Assembly: GCA_003971905.1 (NCBI GenBank)
Contig: RSEE01000018.1
Span: 620,001-684,000 of the forward strand
Direction of reading: 5' to 3'
From: Moniliella sp. 'wahieum'
Lineage: Eukaryota
Length of the DNA: 64,000 nucleotides
Under the pieces are notes generated by a model. That model was not told the origin of the DNA. It worked only from the letters and a program-made list of their open reading frames with translations, and did not search any database. Position numbers and translations under genes: made by a program. Shown piece by piece: positions 51,046 through 64,000 of this stretch (position 1 is its first letter; every line of letters begins with the position of its first letter).

Positions 51046-51725
51046 CCATTGCATATTGGTCGAGATCAGAGGATAATGGGGAATGGAGCTTCGTGCTGAG
51101 TTCGCCTGTGGTCCGTTCTACGTGTCAGTACAAAGTAAGTATCCACAGCTTTTGACAGGCTGACGATGCCAACCAATAATGAGTAGACAGCGCCGAAGGG
51201 GGGTGCACCACAGATGCGCCATCCCATCCTTTGCTAGAGGGGGCGCCATGGTAAAAGTCATCATGGAGACCAGAGAGCACACTACAGTAGTTCCATGTTG
51301 GCTGCCGACAGGGCTCAGGTTCCCGGCGTCAGCGCGCCAGAACTATACAGCAACAGGTGTGTGGCAGTGTGGTGGCAGTGTGGCTGTTGGGCGGGGCAGG
51401 CTGGGCTGAGTGTGGGAGACAGGCGTGGTGGGAGGCGGCCGATGGGGTGATAGTCTGAGCGGTCTTACATCTGTGAGAGCTGCGGTAGGCGGCGGTCAGA
51501 GACCGTCAGATTCTGACATATGGGGGCGGGGTGGGATCTGGTGGGACACTGGTGTCTGGGGACACAGCGGAAAGGGCTTGCTGTTGGGCCCTGTTGAGCC
51601 TCCCCGCACTGATCCGCCACACTCACACTCGACAGACACGCGCTATGCCTGCGCTGGCGAACCCTCTGTGGCTCGTGCGCCCCTTTCGCTCTGCCGCCGC
51701 GCTCGAACGCCACACCAAGCGGCAG

Positions 51726-51732
51726 TATAAAT
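51726..51732 (+). promoter_or_regulatory. Putative TATA box of the endosulfine gene
   Basis: TATAAAT ~135 bp upstream of ATG 51865, followed by a pyrimidine-rich leader. Confidence 0.45.
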
Positions 51733-51864
51733 ATCGCCAGCTCGGCCGTTGTAGACTTTCTGCGCTCCCTCTCCGCATCAGGCTCCGGCACATCCATCTC
51801 TCTCCACTGCCTTGTCCACTGCTGCTCTCATATTTCCTCGCTCCCAGCTCACCACTCCAGACGA

Positions 51865-52757
51865 ATGGCTGTACGTTCCCTTCCAAAACTGGGAGCCACG
51901 CCCCAACAACATTGACCCTCGTCCCTCTCTTCCCATGCAAAAGAAGCTAACCTCACTGTTTGTACAGACGACCCCTTCCCCTTCTCCTATGTCAGCCGCT
52001 GATGCCACCTTGGCCGCCCGGTTTGGCGGTCGACTACCCACCAAGAAACCGTGGCTCCAAGCACGGCTTAAGGAGCGCAAATACTTTGATTCTGGTGACT
52101 ATGCTCTAAGTCAAGCGGGAAAGGCGGACCGGCGCGAAGTGGGACGTGAGATCGCTACCCCCCAAGCATTGGCGCAGGCACGGTGGATACGGAACCGGAG
52201 TGGGAACCGGAACCGGAAGTGTTGGTGAGCAGAGAGCAGGTCCACGACCAAGGGCTGGAGGAGGAGATGATGATGAAGGAAGAGCCAGAGACCGAGGGTG
52301 CCTTTGCTTCTTCGCCTGGCATCTCCCCTTGTTCTTCGGGGACGTCGGACCGTTACCTCGTTCTGCCACGTTGCCCACTTCTTGCTCTCCTTGCACGTGC
52401 GCTGTTGGTTCCTCGCCACCGCTCCTCCGGACCGCGTCGCTTGCCTCGCCCTTACTGGTTCCTAGGTCTCCTTCTACCCCTCATCAAAACCTTCCATGTT
52501 CCCCCGACCGAGGTCTGCAGCGGGTCTCGACCATCCCCATTCACCACGCTGGCTCGCCCCATGGTCTTTCTTCGGTTACTGGCTCGGTGGTCATGCCCCC
52601 TTCACCCTCTGCCGCGCACAGCTCAATGGGAGGACAAGGCAGGTGTCCACCGCACCTCCGTCCTCGCTCTGGGTCCCAGTTGAGTCGAGAATCGTTTAGT
52701 GCCTCCGACGCGGCCCGCGCCGCTTCTAAGGCAAACGATGTGCCAATGAGCAGATAG
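51865..52757 (+). CDS. Endosulfine/ARPP-19 (Igo1/2-like) PP2A-B55 inhibitor; intron 51871-51967, 3' frameshift
   Basis: RFGGRLPTKK..LQARLKERKYFDSGDYALSQAGK (FDSGDY Greatwall/Rim15 site). ATGGCT|GTACGT..GCTAAC..TACAG intron restores frame. Confidence 0.9.
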
Positions 52758-53989
52758 GTCCTCTGGTCCCAAAAGAGCGAGAGGTGGTCTTATCCTAGCC
52801 CTGGCCTTGCTCATCATCTGCTCTGCCACCACGCATCTTCATTACTTGGACTTTTCTTGTCTTGATCTCGTCCCATTTTTGCTTGTCTCATTTCATCTCA
52901 ACTATCAATCTCATCTCGTCTCGCCTGGTCTCATGTGAACTTTCTCGTCTCGTCTTGTCTCGGTCAGTTGTCCAGTTGTTGATTTCTTGCTATGCCATTC
53001 TACAGCGGTGTCCTCACTGCAGGAGATCACGACGACCATGTGCATATTTGCATGGGATGAGGTCATACGAGTATGGGTTTTTTGCGCCCTCCGCTCCTCG
53101 CCTCTAGCCTCGCTTATGTGAAAGGGAAGGACGTTGCAAAGACTTCTGCATCCAGGCCCCATGGAGGGAGAGATGGAAGAAGGAGTGTGCGGTCCGGGTC
53201 TGAGGATTGACACGGTTTTATGTCACAGATACAAACAGGGAGAAAATGGAAGGGCTGTACCATACCGGTGGCAGCCCAGGGGCGAGAAACTCAAAGGAAG
53301 TATGAGACCTACGCGGAATGCGGTCTTCTCCTTCTTCTCCCTCTCCCCACCTATATCTCACAGCACTTTTTCATCTGCTGCCTGAAGTCTAAGGTCAATC
53401 TCCACGTTGTGTGCGCCAAGAACCCAGGTAAGATGCATCCCTCCTCCGCCATCGCCATCTTAGGGGACGAGGTATATAGGCCTGCATCCCAGAACCACCG
53501 AAAGATATAATGAGGCTAGAGGGACAGAAATGTCAATGCTGATTGAAAATTGGAGTCAAGCAGTGTAAACGTTAAGTGTACGTAAAGGAACAAAAGGTGA
53601 GATTGTACGTTGGGACGGTCGTACGGTCGTAACGCGTAAGGAGGGGTCATCGTGTTGGGCGCAGGAAGTGGGGGGAGTAACGAAGGAGGGGAGAGGATCA
53701 CAGGATAAGCCAGGTCGTTCAAGTCGTTATAGGGAGGAGCGGTGGGGGGGATGAGGAAAAGAAAAGACGGGGCACGCTGTGCTCACGCCGAGGTTGAAAG
53801 ATAAAAGGGGGAAAGGCGTAATGGGAAAGGGGCAATACGTGAGAGGTAAGGGGAAAGGGGAAAATGAAGGGGTGAGGGAAGGAACAAGCGGCAACAGAGA
53901 CCAATGACCCACACCCACAAGCAACCCCAACAGAAAAGAAAAACAAACAAAAAAGACAACCGAAAAAGATGAAAAGCCAAGCCAACAGA

Positions 53990-56173
53990 AGCCATGAGGA
54001 GGCCACAACGGACGGAGGCGGAGGGGGGGGAGATAAGGGGGTAAGACGGTCACATCACCGTGCACCCTCCTCTGTTTCAGCGCGGGACGCGGGCGAGCGT
54101 TTGGAGCGGGAGGGCAAGCCCAGTCGTTTCTTCCTCGTCGCAGGCAAGCGCAGCGGAACCGTCTGTGGCGCGGCGAGCGGGGTCGAGCTGGCCAGGGGAA
54201 GGTGGGGTGCGCTTCCGGTAGAAGGGCCGCGCTTCCCTTCCGGTGCGGACGAGGCCAGGGCAATGGGTGAGGGGAGGCGATGGGAGGCGTGGCCTTCGAA
54301 TCAGGGAAGGAAGGTTGCACGGTATGATGTTTACGAGAGCGATGCAAGCGTGACGTGACAGTACTCGGCAACGTCGGAATGGGCTTCAAGGATGGCGCAT
54401 GGAGCCGGTGGGACCAATTGCGATCGGCTGAGCTGACGCAGGAATCCGAATCGTCCGAGGGCACATCAGGCAAAAAGTCCACCCGTTTCTCCACAATCAT
54501 CGGTGCGATCTCTTCTTGGGGATTGGGATTGCAAGCGCTCCGAGCGCGGATGCGGTCCGCCCGTACCGGGTCAACACTGGGCGACGCTGCCAACGCTAGA
54601 CGGACCGCTGACAAACTGGCGAGGGGGGAAGGTGTCCGCGTACCAGCCTCTCGCTTGGTTTCCCCCTCGGCATCCGTTTCCTCGTCCGATGTACTGGACG
54701 GCACAGTCGACGGCGCACTGCGTCCGCCGCCGGCCGCGGTCGGTAGGCCACTCAGACCCGTTCCCAACCCAAGACTGCGCACGGCACTCAAACTCGCCTG
54801 GACAGCCGCATACCGTTCCTCCTCCTCCCGATCCGCATCGAGGGTAGGTTGCGCCATTGGGGTGGCGGTCACTGTGGCCCGATGGGCGCGGTGAGGACGA
54901 TGGGTGTGCTGGAGTGGGTGCATTGGCGATCCGGGCGCGGCGGGCCTTTTCGGCAGATCCATCCCTAACGTCACGGTGGCACTGCGTCCCCGCCGAGGTG
55001 TGTTAAGGGGTAGTTGGAGCGCAGTAGGATCCTGGGATGTCTGTTCCGATGGCGAGACGGGGAAGGGGTTGGGGCCGGGAGTGGAGGCCGGGACGCTGTC
55101 ACGGGGCGAGGAGGAAGGAGCGCCGGTGGGTGCACTAATTCCTGGGCCTCCCTTCATTGGCATTGCACGTAACGTCTCTGCCGTACTTTGGCGCGAGATG
55201 TTGGAGCCGAAACGGCGAGTTTGGGCAACGGTAAGTGGAACAGCGGGTCCATGTGGGCGGGCTGGTGTTGTTTGTCCTGCTTTTCGTGCTTTTCGTTGTG
55301 TTTTTCGTGCTTAACGTGCTTGTCAGACGAAGTGAGGGAAACACTGGGAGAGATAGTTTGATGAATCTCTTGCTCGGATGGGTGTTGGTGCTCCGAAGTA
55401 GTGTGCTGACGGTGGGACTGTCGGGCACGGCGGTGCTCAAGTCAGACAGTTTCTTGAGTGGCGACCGATCGCAGGCAATGCCGCCCGCGCGTCCGCCAGT
55501 GGTACGGCTAGTGAATTGTTTATTGGCCAGTTCTTGGCCCAAGGTGGCATCTTGGTACCGTGCAAGGTACTCCTGTGCCGGGGAACTCCAGCGCTGCATT
55601 CAACACCGGTTCTTCCCACCCTTCCTGATGGGGAACTGGGGTGGAAGGCACAGGTAAGGGCAAGGGCCATGAAGCGACGGCAGATTCGGGCCCAACCTCG
55701 GCGCTGGGACTGCTGTTCAAGGACGCAGCGTGCGAGTCCCCGTCGACTGAGGCAGGCGCGAGCGATAGCGGTCCCGGGGCACGCGGACAGCCATCTCCTC
55801 CAAAATCTTGTCCAGCACAGCGAGGCGGCGGTGCGCGGGTAAGCGTCGTCGGTGAGGATGATGCCGCACAGTGCATCGTCGGCCGGACGGCCGGACGAGA
55901 GAGCAACGAAGTTGGGCGTTTTGGATTCGGCATGGTCGTTGAAGTGCGTCTCCTCGGCGAGTTGCTGTGTGGAGAGTGTGCGGTCAGAGAAGGAGAGGCA
56001 GGGACCAGAGGGGGGGAGACGGGCAGGAGACGGACCTTGGCTTCGAGCTGCATGTGCTCCTGGATGGTGTGGCGCTGGATCCAGCTGAACGACTCGAGGT
56101 CCCAGATCGCCAGCAGCGGCACGCGCCGTTGCGATGCGTCCTGGGTGAAGACGATGGCCCCGTAGAGATGCAT
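53990..56173 (-). CDS. Ykt6-like longin domain fused to a long Ser/Pro-rich tail with no SNARE motif or CAAX; intron 55965-56035, frameshifted, 3' end uncertain
   Basis: MHLYGAIVF...DLESFSWIQRHTIQEHMQLEAK|QLAEET...LCGIILTDDAYPRTAA..L and later QEYLARYQD align by eye with Ykt6 (DLS.F..F.R..V..FM.F.A..VAERT; CGV.ITD..YP...A; EYL.KYQD). Confidence 0.65.
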
Positions 56174-57770
56174 TGGCGACGGCGGGGACAGCGTCGGGGA
56201 CAGCGTTGGGGACAGCGTTGGGACAGCAACGGGTGGTAAGAGTAAGTGGAGGCGGCACGGTATAGTGACCAATACCTAGTGCCTGGCAAAGCGCACCCGC
56301 TGCCCCTCCCACCAGGTCTGGTTAGCTAGAGGTCCCACACCACAAACAAACCCTCTGCCAAACTTCGAATACACCCCCTCCGGTCCCGACTCAGGGACGA
56401 ATACGGTGGGCAACCACACACTGGCGCTGTGCTGGACGGGCACCTCCCGCTACCGCCCCGCCCCCAGGGACAGTGCCCCATGCTTTAGCTCCTGCACCCG
56501 CACAGCGCCAGTCCCCTCCGCTCCCTCAAGCGATCGACGGGCCAACAGCGGCCGGTAACCGGCTGTGGTGACCGGCTAGCGCTTATCGCATCGAGGACCC
56601 AGGGATATAATTCGATCCAGTCCAGGCGTTAGCATGTCAGATGATGACGTTACGTATAACGTTCGCATGCAGACACAGACTGGATCGGTTCAGATCCTCG
56701 TTGTCCAGCCGCTGTAGCCCAGGGGGGGGACCCCGGTTTGGGCAACAATCGGTTGTTTGGGGCAGGGGGGGCGTTCTTTTTTCTTTCTCATGGCAGTCTC
56801 AAAACAATGATACTGGATCAAGGCACTCATGATCGATCCAGCAGGTGTGGGGGGTGCCAGGGGTAGAGGTAGCTTCCAGAGCGGTGGGGTAAAGGATCGG
56901 CGAATACAAAAAGAAACTGACATAACCAATGATTAATGACCGTCGGTGACCTCTGAGAGACGAGAGAAAAAACAGGTGTACGTGTGCTAAAACGCTGGAA
57001 CTAAGATGTTGTAACGTCACCGGCCACCCCCAAAAGTCCCCAGGGCGCTCCGCCATGAGGCCTGAGGCTTACCGACGTCCATTTCGGGACGACTCGAATG
57101 CAAAGCGAGGTTGGGACAGAATTGATTTTCCTGGTGACTCATCGACGCCATCAGGCATGGTTGTGTTCGTGGGATGACGTCGTTTCTTCGCCCCCATAAG
57201 TGCCTAGGGGTGGAGATGCTGGGATTGGCCAAGCCGAACGCAACCAGCGTCCTCGATCCCTCCAAACCAACTGTGGCATCATAACCGAGCATTCTCGTCG
57301 AACCTGAGTGCTTGAACAGGCATACCTGTCCTCCCAAGCCAACAGTGCTGGCAGCAAGGAGGACTCCATCGAATTCCTTTGGCGAATCGGGCGTGCGGGA
57401 AGATGCACTGATGCTGGATGGGAAAGGGCAAAGGGCGACAACTTCGACCGGCAGGATTTCCCCAACGGCAGATTACTCTGTACCCTCACCCGTAGCTCCG
57501 AGCGACTTGGATCTCCTTCGCAAGAGCGGCCTCGCCAGGATGAACTCGACACCAAAAAACCCCAGTGCACTGGCTCTACCCGAACAAAAACAATCGTCCC
57601 CTTGCGTTTGCGCTTGCCCTGCGGCGCCCCCTACAAGTACCAAACGCAAAATCATACGACAGAAAGAAACAAGACCAGCATGAATGGAATGCGGAATGGA
57701 ATGGAAGCAGGAACCTGGCATGGGTAGCGCAGACAGCGGATCATGCCATCGTGGGTTCCGAATCAAGGAG

Positions 57771-60755
<2,985 letters not shown>

Positions 60756-60865
60756 CTAGCCCGAATTGCCGGCCGAGAAGCCCACTGCACGCAACCCTGG
60801 CCGCACGCCCAGTGCGCTCACGGGTGCACTAGGCCACATGGGCGTGGCACACCATGCACGGCGCC

Positions 60866-62076
60866 ATGAGCGCACTGCTCAGAGTACTCAGACTGCGTCC
60901 TGACTGAGCGCTTAACTAAGCACCACGCATGGAGCCACTGAGCAACGAGCTGCTCCTACATCAGCGCACCACCCCACACCCCTCGCCTCGTGCGCCTGCC
61001 CATGCTGCACGTGCACGGGGACGAACTTGCCAAGCTTCAAGCTTCAAGCTGTTGCGTCACCGCGTCACCCAGCAGACAACGTCATCGCGTCATCGAGTCT
61101 CTCATCCATCTCGATCACTGGCCTGGTCGTCTCTGGCCGCAGCACTGGCACGCGTCTTGTTACAGCGTCCTCTTTCTTAGCGGCTCGTGTCATTGCGCAT
61201 ACTGTCCCCGCCAGCCACCCTCGCCCCCACTACCTCGTCTCTCCATGTGCTAAACCCGCTGGTGGCACCGATGCATCTGGGGACGACGAGCCCGATCGAG
61301 CCCCACTCGACCCTGCCACCATGTATTCTGCGGGTACGAGGGGGTACCGGTAACCGGCTAGGCCTTAGCTCCGCGAAAACAGCGGGGACACACCTACTCT
61401 GGAGTGGAGGAGCGCCTGGCTTGCTCTGTTGTCCTATTGGAAAGCTCGCACTACGCAGATCATCGTATCGATTAATCGATTATCGATCAATCACACGCGC
61501 AATGCCAAGCGCCACTAGTGCGCCTGTAGACTGGGCGTAACTGGGAGCGCTGAGGAACGGAGGTAATAGCCAGATCCAAGTCAGATCGCAGACCAGTATA
61601 CAAATCAACACGCCAGTTTCGGCCATGTCACACGTCACGCGCCACAGGTCACCTTGTCTCCATGTTTGCGAGCTTCCGTTGAGCGCTGAGCAAACCAAGT
61701 CAAACACAGAGCTTGGTTCGCAGATTCCCGATTTAGGCCATCAAGTGCATCAAGAACCGACGAGACGTCCCACGGTACTGTGGACCGAGTTGAACTCGTT
61801 GTTGGCGTGTGCATGTGACGCGCGTGGCGCGTGACGTCACGATGCACGACCCTGGTTGTGGATTTATAGACGCGTGCGCATCCCTAGTCACTCTCTCGTC
61901 ACACTGTAGTGAAGAATATCGCATGGATACGATAGCCATCAGATCTCAGAATCGCCCCCTTGGCGATTCGGGCAGAGATATGGATGCACTAATGATAGGC
62001 GCGGGTGTGACCTACTCCCTCTCCTCTCTAAAGCCACTGCATCCTCAACGATCATCGATCATCGATATCGATATCA
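60866..62076. repeat. Scattered heptamer palindrome arrays upstream of SRPK (AGTACT, AGCGCT, AAGCTT, ACCGGT, ATCGAT)
   Basis: aagctt-c-aagctt-c-aagct (61032-61050), accggt-a-accgg (61346-61357), atcgat-t-atcgat (61475-61487), tc-atcgat-c-atcgat-atcgat (62052-62072). Confidence 0.75.
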
Positions 62077-62925
62077 CAGAATAAACTTCATATCGAAATG
62101 ATCTCGCATCCCCACCCACACAACTCCCAAGTTGTCTGCCCACTGCTGCAGAGTAAAGAGAGATCAAAGACGCCTATCATCTCGTCCTCCTATTCCCCAG
62201 CTCCGATGAAGCGAGCGAGGGGACGACGAGGATGCATAGTAGGAGCATTGAGCATTGCATCATGTCATTGAATTGTTTTGGAGCGTATGTGTGGACGGTC
62301 AAAGCGCTCCCCCCTCTCCCCTCTAAGCTTTCCTTTCAGCACCCCTTTTTTGCCTCGACTCGAAAGAAATGGCGGAGTACTCGCACCGCCGACCATGAAT
62401 AGATCAAACTGCATGAAAACTTCGTGCGCCTCTTTGTCATCTCCTGCCTCTCACGAATTTGACAAACAGCAAAAGTCAGAGTGGACATATTGTCACTGGC
62501 GCTACCTGACCTTGGTCTCTACGATCCCGGGCGCAGGTTTATTGAGTCGGTCTACACCGTGTTCTCTACCCCACAAAACAAAACTGCATCGTGCCAATCG
62601 CATCATTCGTCATCAACATCATCAATCGTTAACACAACCGTCGTCAACATCATTGTGACGCTCAGACGGAGCCCGAGTTCTTGCTTGTTCTCTCACTTTA
62701 AGGCTCCCCTCTCCTTTTTTGATTAGGATTTCTCGTGTTGCAAGGACGGTGCCAACCGACTACTCTCCTTCCCTCAGTTCTCTCCAGGGCCGCAGTAGGC
62801 GTTCATCGTTGTACAGTTAGTTCATTGGAAACGTAGTCGACAAGAGAATGTGGAATGGAATGGAGAATGGAATGGAATGAGAAAGAGTAGGAGAAGAGCT
62901 GACCAGGTGATCACCTGATTGACGA

Positions 62926-64000
62926 TCACGGAAGTGGTTCCGTCGAGGAAGACAAGCGGTTGAGAGACAAGTAGGCATCCGTTCCGTAGCCTTCCATCGA
63001 GATCAACTTGAGGTCCCCGCCAAAGTACCGAGCGTAAAGACGGGCAAGGGGCAAGCCGTACCCGTACCCTGCCATGGGGGCCTTTTCGATACCTTCGCCC
63101 GGGTCCAACTCATCGGGATGGGCGGTAGTGTAGGTGTACGTCCAGATAAGCGGCATCTCACTTCGTGGGATGCCGCCTGCCTCATCGCTAATCTTGATCG
63201 TCAGGTCCTCTCTCCCGGCAACAACGATGACCTTGATCGGGGGGAAACTGTCCTCGTTCTCCACACCGTACCGTTCAACCACAGCACGAAGGGAGTTCTT
63301 GAGCAGTTCAAACAAACATGCTGCAGCGAGTCCTGATGTTAGCTCCAAGTCATCACGCGGTAGTAGTCAGGCCGTTTATTAGTGGAGATCAGAGTATACG
63401 TACGTTGAGATGAGAAGGAATACATGAATGTGAGATCCTTGGGACAAATCAGTTGGACGGGGGGACCTTTGAATAGACCAAAATGTTCTTCGCACACAAA
63501 TCGCGCATTCTCAATCGCTTCATGTGCAATTGCACACCAACGTGGGTGTTGGTACAGATGATCCCCACAAATTTTCCGAATAGGGTGCCTCGGTTCCACT
63601 GGTAGCTGCATCAGCCAGCGCATTGCGTCCCACGAGCGACTTGTTGCCAGCGGTAATGGAGTCGTGCAGACTTTCGCTGTTGCGAGCAAGGGCAATGTGC
63701 TGCCCAAGAAGAATACGGATTCCAATGCGAGAAAGATAGAAGCGATCGAGGAAGCGATGAATGTCCGTCTGCAAAGCCAGATTTTGCGTCGCCCGCTTGT
63801 ACTCCAACACACCTTGTGCCATTGTGGTTACAACCGGGTCATGCCTTCGCTTGATCTTCTCAAGACAATTGGTGAATTGTTCGTTGTACTCGTGCACCTC
63901 TGCTGGCCATTCGATTTCCTCCATGGCGGTCAGCGCGTTGGGGTCCGACGAGATGGGACGGAGGGCGGGCCGGTTGGGATCGTCGCCATGCAGATGGGCG
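62926..64000 (-). CDS. Mitochondrial pyruvate dehydrogenase kinase (PDK/BCKDK GHKL family), 5'-partial; intron ~63326-63401
   Basis: IKRRHDPVVTTMAQGVLEYK, FLDRFYLSRIGIRILLGQHIAL, AIENARFVCEEH, FELLKNSLRAVVE, IKISDE.GGIPRS, APMAGYGYGLPLARLYARYFGGDLKLISMEGYGTD. Confidence 0.95.

Overview
Eukaryotic, GC-rich, intron-poor fungal DNA. It is basidiomycete-like; Ustilaginomycotina is an inference from the short GT..CTRAC..AG introns, gene density and protein style. Almost every gene, including RPL3, carries single-base frameshifts that look like uncorrected long-read indels, so gene boundaries are approximate. Recognisable genes, in order: Cdc15/SepH-like kinase C-terminus with a C1 domain, HRQ1 helicase, COA8/APOPT1, DPH4/JJJ3, RPL3, YAT1-type carnitine acetyltransferase, a stand-alone Osh3-type PH protein, a Mn-CDF transporter, CTF4/Mcl1, an SDR, an endosulfine, a Ykt6-like longin protein without a SNARE tail, SRPK (Sky1/Dsk1) and a pyruvate dehydrogenase kinase. 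Mobile DNA: (1) a young 3.66-kb Ty3/gypsy chromovirus-type LTR element that keeps gag and an intact integrase-chromodomain but has no protease, RT or RNase H, and has a Tf1-type self-priming signature; (2) two 5'-truncated copies of a CRE-clade non-LTR retrotransposon. The most striking unexplained signal is a recurrent intergenic sequence grammar: 7-bp-period arrays of A-NNNN-T hexamer palindromes joined by one base (mostly TGA/TCA junctions). 14 of the 16 possible palindromes are used, and the arrays sit mainly upstream of genes.
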